Positions 27,462-37,540 of a stretch of 64,000 nucleotides of DNA are shown here, piece after piece; position 1 is the first letter of the stretch; each line of letters begins with the position of its first letter. Made by a program: the position numbers and the translations under genes. The DNA is taken from IMG/VR virus record IMGVR_UViG_3300049460_000260. One strand, given 5' to 3'. The notes beneath the pieces were generated by a model. The model ran no database searches and was not told where the DNA came from. It saw only the letters and a program-made list of their open reading frames with translations. Source of the stretch: an uncultured virus (IMG/VR IMGVR_UViG_3300049460_000260). Taxonomy: Duplodnaviria; Heunggongvirae; Uroviricota; Caudoviricetes.

Positions 27462-27812
27462 ATGATGCACTTTTTCCAAGAAGTCGCCGACAAGTTCGAA
27501 GCGCTCAAAGCCGATCTGTTCCAAGCCGCAAACAACGCAACGTCCGCAGTCGGCAATGCCGTCTCGTTCACCGCCGACGAAGTGAAGACCGCTGAAACGG
27601 ACTTCTTCACGAAGCTGGAAGGCGCTGACGTGTCCATCTCGCAGGCCTTCTATGCCGGCGCGGCATGGGCAGCGGCTCGCGTCTCCACCAACGTCGCCGC
27701 GCCTGTGGCACCGGTCGTCGCGGGAAACGAACCTTCACCGACAGCAGAGGTTGCCGCTGGCGCTTCGACGGAGAATACCTCTGGGGCTGCTGCGTCTTCC
27801 GTCCAGTCGTAA
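27462..27812 (+). CDS. Ala-rich hypothetical protein
   Basis: GGAG RBS; 116 aa. Confidence 0.65.
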   Translation: MMHFFQEVADKFEALKADLFQAANNATSAVGNAVSFTADEVKTAETDFFTKLEGADVSISQAFYAGAAWAAARVSTNVAAPVAPVVAGNEPSPTAEVAAGASTENTSGAAASSVQS

Positions 27813-27845
27813 CAGGCAACTGATCGGCGTTTAGTTAGGAGCACG

Positions 27846-27871
27846 AAAGGCCCGCGATGTGGGCCTTTCTT
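27846..27871 (+). terminator. intrinsic terminator-like hairpin
   Basis: AAAGGCCCGC-GAT-GTGGGCCTTT-CTT. Confidence 0.6.
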
Positions 27872-27886
27872 ACAGGAGAGTCAAAT

Positions 27887-28186
27887 ATGAGCAGCAAGAG
27901 CAAAGGCTTTGCCGCGAGCGCTGGCGAGATGGACACGGCAACATTCCGTCCCAGCATCGCATCGGAAACCAACGACATTTATTCCGCACTCGTCGGTCTG
28001 GGTGACGAGATCGACGCCTTGGAGACGTGCTTGCGCCCGGTCCTGGAAGAGACCAACGAAGGATTGGCAGGCCTGGAAGACCCGGAACTGCCGCCTGCCG
28101 TCATGCGCCTTCGCGGCCTGCTCCGTAGCGTCCAAGCGTACCATCGTCGTCTGGAAAGCATCCGGCTGCGCCTCGCGGTCGAATAA
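27887..28186 (+). CDS. hypothetical protein
   Basis: AGGAG RBS; helical 99 aa. Confidence 0.65.
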   Translation: MSSKSKGFAASAGEMDTATFRPSIASETNDIYSALVGLGDEIDALETCLRPVLEETNEGLAGLEDPELPPAVMRLRGLLRSVQAYHRRLESIRLRLAVE

Positions 28187-28191
28187 CGGCC

Positions 28192-28449
28192 ATGTTCACA
28201 GAGATTGTGAAGGCCGTCAAGGACGGCTCAACCGAAAACAACGGGACCAGCTACGATCTGCCGCGTGTCGCTACGATCTTTATGCTGTTCACCGGCTTTC
28301 CGGTCTTCCTGTTCCTTTGCGTCTACAGCGTCACCCACCGCATCCCATTCGACATGATCGCGTTCGGCACAGCCTTCGCAGGAATGCTCGGTGGTATCGC
28401 GGCTGTGACTGGTGCCGTGGCGTTCAAGCAGAAGACCGACACGCAGTAG
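28192..28449 (+). CDS. holin
   Basis: 85 aa, two hydrophobic segments, directly upstream of the spanins. Confidence 0.7.
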   Translation: MFTEIVKAVKDGSTENNGTSYDLPRVATIFMLFTGFPVFLFLCVYSVTHRIPFDMIAFGTAFAGMLGGIAAVTGAVAFKQKTDTQ

Positions 28450-28458
28450 GAGACCACA

Positions 28459-29028
28459 GTGTCAATTCTTTCCGATCTGAATCCGCAGGCCATCTTGGCT
28501 AAAATCGCCATAGTTGGCCTCGCGGTGGGTGGTGCATACCTATACGGCCACCACAACGGGTATTCCAGCGAGAAGGCCGCTTACGACCTTTACGTGAGCC
28601 AGCAAGCGCAGAAGGCAGAGGCCCAAGCGGCTTCGAACAAGGCCGCGCTGGCTTTCCAGCAGACGCAATTCGAACTGGCACAAGCCAAAATCCAGAAGGA
28701 GCATACCGATGCGCTCGCCCAAGTTGAAACCGCTCGTGTCTCTGCTGTTGCTGACAGCGCTCATTACGCTGACCGGCTGCGGTACTATCTCGCCCACCCC
28801 AGTGTCCGGACAGTTGTCGTGTCCGGCTCTTCCGCCAGCGCCACCGGAACTCCAGCAGACAGCGAAGGTGCCAGTGGACAACCTGACGGGGTATCAGACC
28901 TTAATCGGTATCTTACCCAACGCTTCTACACCGCCGACAAAGTAGCTGCAACGCTGAACGAGGCAATCGATTTGATCGCGCAAGATCGCCTCACTTGCAA
29001 CGGCAAACTGCCTGGAGTTACACAATGA
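28459..29028 (+). CDS. i-spanin (Rz-like)
   Basis: N-terminal TM followed by coiled coil, with an embedded lipoprotein gene. Confidence 0.8.
   Translation: MSILSDLNPQAILAKIAIVGLAVGGAYLYGHHNGYSSEKAAYDLYVSQQAQKAEAQAASNKAALAFQQTQFELAQAKIQKEHTDALAQVETARVSAVADSAHYADRLRYYLAHPSVRTVVVSGSSASATGTPADSEGASGQPDGVSDLNRYLTQRFYTADKVAATLNEAIDLIAQDRLTCNGKLPGVTQ
28709..28945 (+). CDS. o-spanin (Rz1-like), embedded in +1 frame
   Basis: lipobox LTG-C and Pro-rich mature part, entirely inside the i-spanin gene. Confidence 0.8.
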   Translation: MRSPKLKPLVSLLLLTALITLTGCGTISPTPVSGQLSCPALPPAPPELQQTAKVPVDNLTGYQTLIGILPNASTPPTK

Positions 29029-29714
29029 AGCATCCGCAGCACATCCTCGCATTCGACAAGCGCGGCTTTAACTTCGACGGCATGGAAGGTCTCATCACCA
29101 TGAGTCCTAAGACGTTCTTCGAGTCTGCAGCCGCGTGCCTGTTCATCGGTCGTCGTGAAGAACTCGAAGCTGACGAACGGTTCGGCCAGGTTCTGCCGTA
29201 TATCGTGTTGTATCAGCGCCACGCGGACCGCTTTCAGGTCTTCGTCTACCAACGCACCAAGAAGGTCGGAGAGCAGCGGCTGGCAGGACTGATGTCGGTC
29301 GGCACCGGTGGACACGTCGATCTTTTCGATGTCGTCGCGAAGGACAGTGTGATTGACTTTATCGCAACGATGGCTGGCGCGATTGCGCGAGAGCTCAACG
29401 AAGAGGTCGGTTTCATTCACAACGCCACGAACGACGCGCTGTCCTTCGATCAGTTGCGCGCGGCTGAAACCGAAAGGCCGCTCTTTCCGACCTTCGCCGG
29501 TATTATCAAAGACGACTCCAATTCAGTCGGTCGCGTGCACTTCGGTGTCGTTATGGCCATGGAGATTCCGGCAGGGTACTCGCCGCAGTGCATCGAAGAC
29601 GAACTGACGACAGTCGGCATGGTCGAGCCGCACGCGGCGTTGGCGAAGGGCGAAGGTGCGTTTGAGAACTGGAGCAAAATCGTTCTCGAAAACATCGGCG
29701 TCATCTTGAAGTAA
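29025..29714 (+). CDS. NUDIX-family phosphoesterase
   Basis: QVLPY, GGHVD...ARELNEE, VGRVHFG, FENWS. Confidence 0.8.
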   Translation: MKHPQHILAFDKRGFNFDGMEGLITMSPKTFFESAAACLFIGRREELEADERFGQVLPYIVLYQRHADRFQVFVYQRTKKVGEQRLAGLMSVGTGGHVDLFDVVAKDSVIDFIATMAGAIARELNEEVGFIHNATNDALSFDQLRAAETERPLFPTFAGIIKDDSNSVGRVHFGVVMAMEIPAGYSPQCIEDELTTVGMVEPHAALAKGEGAFENWSKIVLENIGVILK

Positions 29715-29783
29715 TCGTCACCTAAACGCAGTATATTTGAGGCTCACCAGTGGGCCTCTTTTCACATCTAAAGGACAAGCATT

Positions 29784-30710
29784 ATGGCGATCAAAAAGCC
29801 GATGAAGGGCGACGACTATGTTGAAGAAAAACTCAGGTTTCCGTACTTCGCCAGCTACAAGCTGGACGGCTATCGCGCATTCCACGAGGAAGGCAAGATT
29901 CTGACCAGCAGCGCGAACCCGGTCACCAACGCGTTCACACAGGACCGGTTCCAAAGCCGCGCATTGGCGGGTCAGCCTTGGGTGGAACTTGACGGCCTGG
30001 ACGGCGAGCTAGTCGTTGGTGCGTGGAACGATCCGCGCGCCTTCCACAATACGTCCGGACCGGTGCGCAGGAAGAGCGGCGAGCCGGATGCGCGCTGGTA
30101 TCTATTCGATGACCGGTCGTGCGCAAACCTCGCCTTTGCCCATCGGTCCCAGCGCGTTGCCGCGAGGGTCGAAGAACTCCATGCGCGCGGCTTCATGTTC
30201 GTGGAGTACATCCCTCAAAAGATGGTCTTCAACCTGGAAGAGTTGTTGGCCTTCGAGAAGACGGCTGTTGACGCTGGATTCGAAGGCATCATGCTTCGTG
30301 ATCCTAACGGCGTCTACAAGTATGGCCGCTCGACAGTCAACGAGAACCTGCTGCTCAAGGTCAAGCGCTTCGTCACCGAAGAGGCGCGCATCACCGGCAT
30401 GATCGAGCAGATGGAAAACCTCAACGATGCCGAAGAGGATAACTATGGCCGCGCCAAACGGAGCGAGAACAAGGACAACATGATCCCGACCGGAATGGCC
30501 GGTGCATTCACGGTAGAATCGAACAAGTGGCCGCGCCCATTCCAGATCAGCGCAACGTCGATGACACACGAAGAGCGCAAGCACGCCTTCGACAACTTCG
30601 ACAAGGAATTCTTGGGCGAATTGGCGCGGTTCAAGTACTTCCCGCACGGAGTCGTTGACGTTCCGCGACACGGCCTTTTTGAGTCGATTCGCGATCCTAA
30701 CGACCTGTGA
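29784..30710 (+). CDS. ATP-dependent DNA ligase
   Basis: KLDG.R, DGEL, FD, EGIMLR, LLKVK. Confidence 0.9.
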   Translation: MAIKKPMKGDDYVEEKLRFPYFASYKLDGYRAFHEEGKILTSSANPVTNAFTQDRFQSRALAGQPWVELDGLDGELVVGAWNDPRAFHNTSGPVRRKSGEPDARWYLFDDRSCANLAFAHRSQRVAARVEELHARGFMFVEYIPQKMVFNLEELLAFEKTAVDAGFEGIMLRDPNGVYKYGRSTVNENLLLKVKRFVTEEARITGMIEQMENLNDAEEDNYGRAKRSENKDNMIPTGMAGAFTVESNKWPRPFQISATSMTHEERKHAFDNFDKEFLGELARFKYFPHGVVDVPRHGLFESIRDPNDL

Positions 30711-30801
30711 TAAGCGCGCTCGCTTGTAGGCGTCGGTCCATCGGCGCTTTCGAGCGAGTGTATTAAATCGCCTTTATAGGAGCCGTTTTGGCGCACAAAT
30801 C

Positions 30802-30921
30802 ATGAAACGAGACCTAATCTTAGCACTCCTTTGCATCGCCGTTTTCTTGGGCGGCTGTGCACAAGGAAAGCTCAAAGCCAAACCCTTCGAGTGCTCGCCA
30901 TGCTACGCGGCTTCAGAATAA
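30802..30921 (+). CDS. small predicted lipoprotein (39 aa, not in ORF track)
   Basis: MKRDLILALLCIAVFLGG-CAQGKLKAKPFECSPCYAASE, lipobox LGGC. Confidence 0.55.
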   Translation: MKRDLILALLCIAVFLGGCAQGKLKAKPFECSPCYAASE

Positions 30922-30928
30922 TCAAGCG

Positions 30929-30975
30929 CAAAAAAGAACGCCAACCACTCGATCCTGAAGTGGTTGGCGTTCTTG
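30929..30975. terminator. terminator at the convergence of replication and virion arms
   Basis: AAGAACGCCAACCACT / AGTGGTTGGCGTTCTT 16-bp stem with an A-run (U-tract on - strand). Confidence 0.85.
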
Positions 30976-31056
30976 CGACATTGGCCATTAAGATCATCGG
31001 CCAGACCGTAAAGGAACGGGCCACGCGAGCGGTCCTGGCCGGAATCGTTGCAGGCG

Positions 31057-31791
31057 TTACGACTTATCTTGCGCCGCAGGCTGAGATGTCGTTTTCGTCG
31101 GAGCCTTCGGAGCCGGTGCAGGTTTCGTTGCAGCTTGGCACAACGGCAGAACAGCCGCATAGCGTTTGCGACGCAGATCACCTTGATTGGCCTGTGACGG
31201 AGCCTGTCCGTTCACAGCCTTAACGGTTCCGTCGAAGTCGCCAGCGTCTGCAGCGGCAAAAGCCTTGCACAACGACGAGTAGAAGAAGCAAGCGGATGCC
31301 GCGCCGTTCGCAGGTTCCTGAAGTGTCGCAGGGTCCGTATCCAACGGCAGTCCTGCAGCCTTGAAGAAGGCGGTGATGTTATCGTGACCAGTCAGCTGAA
31401 TCGGACCTTGTCCACGGTTCTTCCAACCATCTCCGCTGAGTTCCGATCCATTCCCCATCCGATTCGCATACACATTGTTGGCGATTGCTTCCGGCTGACG
31501 GTTCAGCTGGTACGCCAACGCATTCGGAATCTTTTGGAGTACGTGCGAATCGACGGCATAGCGGAACGGCCAGGTGTTTGCCAGGCCTTGCGCGCTGTAG
31601 TTTAGATTCTCCACGAGCGCCGTGAATCCGTTCGATTCGACACCTACGTTGGCCAGGAACGAAGCGAGCCGCGCCGCGCTGTGGCTGACGCCGAACTTGT
31701 CGCACGCGTCTTGGAGTGGAGCCAGCCACAGCGCGGCGTTCGCGTCCGTGCAGCCGGTTCCGATGGTGAGCATTGCTGCGGTGAGTTTCAT
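31057..31791 (-). CDS. endolysin, glycoside hydrolase family 19
   Basis: ENLNYS, YANRMGN, GDGWKNRGQGPIQLTG motifs. Confidence 0.9.
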   Translation of the reverse strand: MKLTAAMLTIGTGCTDANAALWLAPLQDACDKFGVSHSAARLASFLANVGVESNGFTALVENLNYSAQGLANTWPFRYAVDSHVLQKIPNALAYQLNRQPEAIANNVYANRMGNGSELSGDGWKNRGQGPIQLTGHDNITAFFKAAGLPLDTDPATLQEPANGAASACFFYSSLCKAFAAADAGDFDGTVKAVNGQAPSQANQGDLRRKRYAAVLPLCQAATKPAPAPKAPTKTTSQPAAQDKS

Positions 31792-31800
31792 AATTTCTCC

Positions 31801-33120
31801 TTAAGCGCCTGTGTACATCACATACGAAAGCGCATAGTATGGCGGCGTAATCGAAAGAGCCGTGCCGCTGCCTGTGTTGTTGGTCGTCGCGGTGATGCCA
31901 GTGGCAGCGGCAAAGTTGGACACGTTGGCAAGCGAATTGACCACGGATACGCCGGTGCCATTGGCAAATATCGAGATGCCGGTGCCGGAAGGGTTTGTCG
32001 TGTGAACGGACTGCGCAGATATGTTCCCCTGGTAACCAGCGCTGCCGCCACCAGGGGTATCATTGATGCCGAACGAGTGCTGGTGGCCAGGATCGCTGAC
32101 TGAGTGCGCGTGGCCAGGATCGTTGACGGAGTGTCCGTGCGGCGTTTGGTTGATGCCGTGCGTGTGCGTTGGATCGCTGATGTTGACGACGTGGTTGTGC
32201 GCCGGAAGGTTGCCTACTGCGATGGCGTACGAAGTCGCGCCGCCTGAACTTCCCAACGCGTACGTGCTGCCGGCACCAGCGATAAAGCGGTTGCGCAGAT
32301 CAGGCGTTCCGTTCGCGCCGTTGCAGAAGTGCCAGCCCGGTCCCCACGCGGCCTGCACCGCTGCTTCGGTCGCCGTACCACTCCACATGCGCACTTCGCC
32401 AACGACAAACTGCTGTGCGTTTGCCCAGATTTTCCAAGCGGTCCAGCTGCCGTTGGTCGCGCCGCGCATAAACGCGAGTCCGTTGCGGTCGCGGAAGAAC
32501 TGGGTAACGTAAGTCGCCCCTGCGTTCAGCCACGTGGTGACTTCGAGCATGCCCGCTGCAGCCGCGTTGCCGCCATTCGACGGCGTGTGCGGCGAACCGG
32601 TGACGACAGCATCCGATTGGAACTGGAAGGTGCCGCTGGCCGTGAACGTGTTGAAGTCGGTCGCGGCTGTAACCAGCAGACTGCCTGGGCCATTCGGACC
32701 GCCAGACGGCATGGGGATATTCTTGATCATCTCCCCAGAGCCTTGGATATACTCCCAATTCACACTAGAACCGGGCGTAGCAGTGTTGCCCGATACCAGG
32801 CTGCGGTACGGTACAGGAACACCAGAGCCGTTGGGGAATACCACCTCTGCCCACTGGGCATAGCCCCCAGGCATGTTGTTGTACCAAGGCGGTCGGTTCG
32901 ATACCTGCCACGCCTGCATACCGCCAGTCAGCGCGTTGAACAGATAGTTCTGAATACCGCGCTCGACGGCCTTGGCTTGAGAGTCGCCAGCCGCGAGGTT
33001 AATTTCATAGTCAGGCGTGTAGCCTGTGAGATAGTTCACAAACCCGTTCGGGTCCGTTGCCGGTACAACCGATTGATCACCGGACGCGGCGAACGGGGTG
33101 ACAATGAGCGGGGGTGCCAT
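31801..33120 (-). CDS. tail fibre protein
   Basis: PFAASGD N-terminus, tail-collar GTPDLRNRFI, HxH repeats at the tip. Confidence 0.85.
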   Translation of the reverse strand: MAPPLIVTPFAASGDQSVVPATDPNGFVNYLTGYTPDYEINLAAGDSQAKAVERGIQNYLFNALTGGMQAWQVSNRPPWYNNMPGGYAQWAEVVFPNGSGVPVPYRSLVSGNTATPGSSVNWEYIQGSGEMIKNIPMPSGGPNGPGSLLVTAATDFNTFTASGTFQFQSDAVVTGSPHTPSNGGNAAAAGMLEVTTWLNAGATYVTQFFRDRNGLAFMRGATNGSWTAWKIWANAQQFVVGEVRMWSGTATEAAVQAAWGPGWHFCNGANGTPDLRNRFIAGAGSTYALGSSGGATSYAIAVGNLPAHNHVVNISDPTHTHGINQTPHGHSVNDPGHAHSVSDPGHQHSFGINDTPGGGSAGYQGNISAQSVHTTNPSGTGISIFANGTGVSVVNSLANVSNFAAATGITATTNNTGSGTALSITPPYYALSYVMYTGA

Positions 33121-33123
33121 TGG

Positions 33124-34068
33124 TTAGGACTCCTGGACGACTGTGTAAGCGATTCCCGCACACTTCGGCATGATGCCGTATTGCGGTGTGTTCATGATGT
33201 TCAAGAACTGGGCTGAGAGGCCCATGTTCGCCCCAATACGATACTCCATGTACATTGTCCGCGCGACCGGCGCGACCGCAAACGGCTGTGTCGCGGCCAT
33301 CGTCGCGTCAGTCAGATAGAAGTACCTCTTTCCTGGAAAATCCCACGGCTCGCCACCGTTAAAGATGTAGGCGAGCATCTGGTTGATCCACTGCTGCCGA
33401 CCGTTCGAAACGAGCGCGGCGTAACGCAGCTGGCACGCGAAACGAACCTCAGACAGCAGGCCAACGGTATTCTTTCCGCCGCCGAAGAAGTTGAAGCCAA
33501 CCTCATTAAAGTTCGCAGAGTCGGTCGGCACCAAACTGAACGAGGTTGCGACGCCGTTGCCAGTGCCGAACTTTCGCGGCTGCTGCACGATCAATGATTG
33601 GCCAGTCTCGTTGCTGACGACAGTGCCGGTCCAAGTCAGTGCCGCGTTGTTGGCGGGTGCGCTGGTGAATGCTATCGAACCAGTGGTGTTGTTGATGGTG
33701 TAGTTCGCGCTCGGAACGACTATGCCTGCGGCATAGATGACCGGCGATCCTGCGAAGGTGAAAGGCGCTGTATTGCCACCGCCATCCAGGTAGTTGCCGC
33801 GCTGCGCACCGTAGGCGAATGCGTTTGTGTTCGGCTCGAAGTTGAAGATGGACAGCGGAATTCCGAGAATGATACACCACACGACGAGTCCGAACGTATT
33901 GGCGGTCCGCAGATCAAAAATGTTCTGCTCCCATTGCGTCCAGAATTGATCGTTGTACTTAGAATACCACGCGGCCTTCTGCTGGATGATAGACTGGATG
34001 TTGGGCGCGTTGTTCTGCAGCCACTTCAGCGAGCGCGTAAGGTCTGTGTTGTACGGAGTCATCGTCAT
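33124..34068 (-). CDS. baseplate wedge protein (DUF2612-like)
   Basis: FDLRTANTFGL..W..ILG; position after baseplate J. Confidence 0.75.
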   Translation of the reverse strand: MTMTPYNTDLTRSLKWLQNNAPNIQSIIQQKAAWYSKYNDQFWTQWEQNIFDLRTANTFGLVVWCIILGIPLSIFNFEPNTNAFAYGAQRGNYLDGGGNTAPFTFAGSPVIYAAGIVVPSANYTINNTTGSIAFTSAPANNAALTWTGTVVSNETGQSLIVQQPRKFGTGNGVATSFSLVPTDSANFNEVGFNFFGGGKNTVGLLSEVRFACQLRYAALVSNGRQQWINQMLAYIFNGGEPWDFPGKRYFYLTDATMAATQPFAVAPVARTMYMEYRIGANMGLSAQFLNIMNTPQYGIMPKCAGIAYTVVQES

Positions 34069-35327
34069 ACGAGGTTCACCGTGATATTTCCGACCTGGAG
34101 GTTGGCCTGCTGAAATTGGCTCAGGACCACTTCATACGAGTACGCGCTGGGAAACGAAGGTGCAGGCATTCCGGCTGGCACGCAGGCGACCTGGCACGAC
34201 TTCACGTAGAGGCCAGGGTACTGCCGCGCGACCGAACCGGACACTTCGAATGCCGAAACATCGGCGCTGACGACGAAACCAGGCTCACCCTGCTCCAAGC
34301 CTTGCGCGTACTCCAGAATGGCCTGCTGGATAGCCGCCTGGCCAGGAGATTGCGTCGCCGTTTGGTGCACGGTGATGTTGACGTACGCATCCAACATGAT
34401 CGGCGTGACGTACAATATGTTGTACAGAAGGCCGGTCGTAGGATCAGGCGTCGGCGTACCGTTCGGAGAGTTGACCGGCGTGCCCATCCCTGCCGCGCCG
34501 AAGTCCCACGACATTCCGCTGTTGCGCGCGGCGTAGATGGCTGCTGCGACGGCGGAAGGGGCGGGCGTGCCGGCAACGCAGATCCACAGCGCGTTGGGCT
34601 TCGTGAATGTGACGCCTTGAACGGTCGTTATCGTTCCGGTGTCGTTCTCGACAACCATAACGGATGTGACGTTGGGCACGTCCAGGAGGTTTGCCGCGAC
34701 CGCTTGCGCCGATGCCGTACCTTGGAGCGCGAGTTGCTGGTTGCGTTTGTTTTTCAGCTGAGGATCGTTCGCTTGCGTCGATCCTGGCGTGATTGTGCTG
34801 GTTACGGTACACGCGGCGCTGCCCCAGCCAAGCGTGCCGTCCAAGATCGTCATCGCGCCGACCGGAAAGGGAATGAATCCGAACGCCTGCGATTGGAACG
34901 TGCCTGTGGTGGTGCCGCCAGACGGAATTGTCACCGCAGTAAGCAACGAGAAGATGTCGCCGTTGGGCGTTTGGATGCGCGAGCCAGCAGGGATAACAGT
35001 ATCTGTATTGCCGCCCAGCGCCACGCCTTGTACCACGGTTGATTGGTTCGTGCCGCGACCGATGCCGAGAAGCGCGCAGACTGCATCCAGAAACGTGCCA
35101 TACGCCAGGTTCGGGTTCTGCATGTTCGCGAGGTCAGCGTTGTTCTTCATAACGCTGGTGCGTGCGGTCGTTTCTGACGCGATCATCGTGCCCTGCGGCG
35201 TGCTCGCGTCCACATCAAGCGTAGCGCCGAACGCCGTCTGCCATTCGCCTTCAACGTCCGTCAAAAGATCGGTCGTGTCAATGGCGATGGTGCCGGTGTT
35301 TAGGAGGAAGGTATAGGCTGCGCTCAT
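34065..35327 (-). CDS. baseplate J-like wedge protein
   Basis: STPQG, NPNLAYGTFLDA.CAL.GI.R, VVEND. Confidence 0.85.
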   Translation of the reverse strand: MSAAYTFLLNTGTIAIDTTDLLTDVEGEWQTAFGATLDVDASTPQGTMIASETTARTSVMKNNADLANMQNPNLAYGTFLDAVCALLGIGRGTNQSTVVQGVALGGNTDTVIPAGSRIQTPNGDIFSLLTAVTIPSGGTTTGTFQSQAFGFIPFPVGAMTILDGTLGWGSAACTVTSTITPGSTQANDPQLKNKRNQQLALQGTASAQAVAANLLDVPNVTSVMVVENDTGTITTVQGVTFTKPNALWICVAGTPAPSAVAAAIYAARNSGMSWDFGAAGMGTPVNSPNGTPTPDPTTGLLYNILYVTPIMLDAYVNITVHQTATQSPGQAAIQQAILEYAQGLEQGEPGFVVSADVSAFEVSGSVARQYPGLYVKSCQVACVPAGMPAPSFPSAYSYEVVLSQFQQANLQVGNITVNLV

Positions 35328-36097
35328 GAAATCATATTCCCGCTAGTACGTGAGCCAGCACCAGAACTGATGTGGCCGTGGGTGGCGACGATGATGCCGT
35401 TGATTGTCGTGTTTGCCGGAAGAGTCACGCTGCTGGAGCCGCTGCCGCTTGCGTTGAAGCCGCCGTTGACGGTCGTCGCGCCGGTGATTGTCGCAGTCTG
35501 CTGAACTGTTAAGTTGCCCTTAACGACTACATTGGCAGAAAACGTTGCAACTGGAGTCGTAATGTTGACTGCGGTCGGCGCAGTGATGTTTATCGTGCCT
35601 TCGTTGATCGCGATTCGCGTGGTGCCGTCCGTCGATTGCAGCACCATCGCGTTGGCGTCCGCGCCGTTTATGGTGTAGTTGCGAAAGACGTCAGGAATGA
35701 ACCACGAGTCAGAGAACTTGTGCTTGCGCAGCGTATTAGGGCGCGCGGCAGACAGGCTCTGCAGGAACAGCGAGAGGTCGCGATCAGCCGCGAGAATCCA
35801 GCCCAGGTCGCCTTGCTTGAGCGGAAAGCTGATGTGGAATCCGCCACCGCCAAGTGACATAACAGGAACGTCCGCGATGCGATTGCGCATGCGCGTGTTG
35901 TCGCTGACGTCGAGAATCATGATCATCGGTTGGACTGTCGCAATATTCTTTGTGCGGTCGAATCCGATCACCGATGCCGGAATTAGCTTGTCCGTATTCA
36001 GGCCGTGCATCTCGAATAGGGCCATCATCGCAGCAGGCAGGCTTTTGGCCTCTCCTGGCGCTTGATTGACGATTGGCTTACTCTGCAGGTCAGACAT
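35324..36097 (-). CDS. baseplate central spike (Gp138-like)
   Basis: OB-fold FPLKQGDLG..ADRD, RKHKFSD, beta-helix, terminal THGH. Confidence 0.85.
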   Translation of the reverse strand: MSDLQSKPIVNQAPGEAKSLPAAMMALFEMHGLNTDKLIPASVIGFDRTKNIATVQPMIMILDVSDNTRMRNRIADVPVMSLGGGGFHISFPLKQGDLGWILAADRDLSLFLQSLSAARPNTLRKHKFSDSWFIPDVFRNYTINGADANAMVLQSTDGTTRIAINEGTINITAPTAVNITTPVATFSANVVVKGNLTVQQTATITGATTVNGGFNASGSGSSSVTLPANTTINGIIVATHGHISSGAGSRTSGNMIS

Positions 36098-36150
36098 TAA
36101 GGACTCCGATTGAACGGCCTATTATAAGCGGTGAAGGCCACTGCCAACCG

Positions 36151-36660
36151 TCACCGCTTCTTCGTCGCGGCCTCATTCGCGAGTGCTTCGTTCACGCCTT
36201 TCGCCACCATCACATCAAACATTTTGAATGCGTCTTCCAGCGAGTAGTACTCTTCAAGCTCGCGCAGTGACGCAACGTCTTCCTGGATGAGTTGCGCCGC
36301 GAGAGGGTCGATGTGCGACGACTCCTTGGGCTTGCCGCCTGCCGTGAATCGAGACGGAATCTTCACGCCCTTCCAGCCACCGGTGAAGCCAAAAGAGAAC
36401 TCGTGCACCATCCTTAGGACGCCTTGCAAGACGAGACGAGGCGCGAGGATGAATGCCTTATCGATCACCAGGCGGTTTATCACATCGCGCGAATCGAGCC
36501 TGACCCATTTGCCATCTTCCATCGCGTAGGTTAGGCGAAGGCTTTCAATTGGGCTGATGGTCGCGGCCTGGTCCATTATTTCAAGCGCTGGCATGGCCGC
36601 GAATTGCGTCGTTTTGTAATCGACGCCGAACAGACTGAAGTGCTTGATTTTCGTGGCCAT
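36151..36660 (-). CDS. tail assembly chaperone-like protein
   Basis: ASLRELEEYYSLEDAFKMFDV motif typical of myophage chaperones. Confidence 0.55.
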   Translation of the reverse strand: MATKIKHFSLFGVDYKTTQFAAMPALEIMDQAATISPIESLRLTYAMEDGKWVRLDSRDVINRLVIDKAFILAPRLVLQGVLRMVHEFSFGFTGGWKGVKIPSRFTAGGKPKESSHIDPLAAQLIQEDVASLRELEEYYSLEDAFKMFDVMVAKGVNEALANEAATKKR

Positions 36661-36661
36661 A

Positions 36662-37540
36662 TTAAGCGGGCGGATTGGCGAACGCGTGCACGTAAAAAGG
36701 CACTTCGCGACTCGTCAGGTCATAATCGATAGAAGACATCACGAACGTCTTGTTGAGACTCGGATTCATCTTGGACTGAAGTGCTACGGCACCCGCCAGC
36801 GTCAGCTGTGGATCGAACAGCGCCTGGAATTCAACGCCCCACTCGGTCCACAGCGGCGTACCGATGAATTCGGACACCGTAACGATCTGCGCCGTGGAGA
36901 GAATCTTGTTGATGTCCTTGACGTACAGAATGTTGTTGTCGATGAATGCCGCGACGTTCGGACGGTAGGCGTTTTGGATATCGATGAGCAACGCGCCTGC
37001 TATATGCGTGGAAGCAGACGGATTGTTGATCTGAACGTTGTCATACGAAGTCTCGCATTGGACGCTGCTGACGCCCATCTGGGTCGCCGCCCATTGAACG
37101 TACTGCTTGAAGGTCGGCGTGGTCGGTGCCGGTTCCGTGATCCACTCCGTCCGGTTCAACTGCTGGGAATAGCACTCGATTCGGACGCCGATATTTGGCG
37201 GTGCCGATACCGGGGTGGCTGTAACGACCTGACCTGCGAACACTGTGGTTGAAGTGTTCTGGTTGGCCGTCGAATAACCGGCCTGAACGTTCACGTTGAC
37301 GTAGTTCGACAGCGCGCCAGGCTGGCCAGTTTCGATCTGTCGCTTGTTCCAGGCGGTGAATTGCGAAAGCAGAGCCTCGCGCAGATTCTGGCTCAGGTTG
37401 AAGACGTCAATAGAGCACGTGTTCTGGACGGCGAGCGCATCCTTGTGGATACGGATGCGCAAGTCCAGCGACTCGTCCAAAACGACATCGCCAGATTGCA
37501 TCGAAAGCGTTACTTTGAGGTTGCGAGTACCCAGCGGCAT
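36662..37540 (-). CDS. baseplate hub protein
   Basis: IDVFNL, VQAGY...VFAG; follows tape measure. Confidence 0.75.
   Translation of the reverse strand: MPLGTRNLKVTLSMQSGDVVLDESLDLRIRIHKDALAVQNTCSIDVFNLSQNLREALLSQFTAWNKRQIETGQPGALSNYVNVNVQAGYSTANQNTSTTVFAGQVVTATPVSAPPNIGVRIECYSQQLNRTEWITEPAPTTPTFKQYVQWAATQMGVSSVQCETSYDNVQINNPSASTHIAGALLIDIQNAYRPNVAAFIDNNILYVKDINKILSTAQIVTVSEFIGTPLWTEWGVEFQALFDPQLTLAGAVALQSKMNPSLNKTFVMSSIDYDLTSREVPFYVHAFANPPA

Noticed and set aside
30831..31223. 130-aa plus-strand ORF
   Set aside because: Runs through the terminator and antisense into the endolysin; the 39-aa lipoprotein frame is more plausible.
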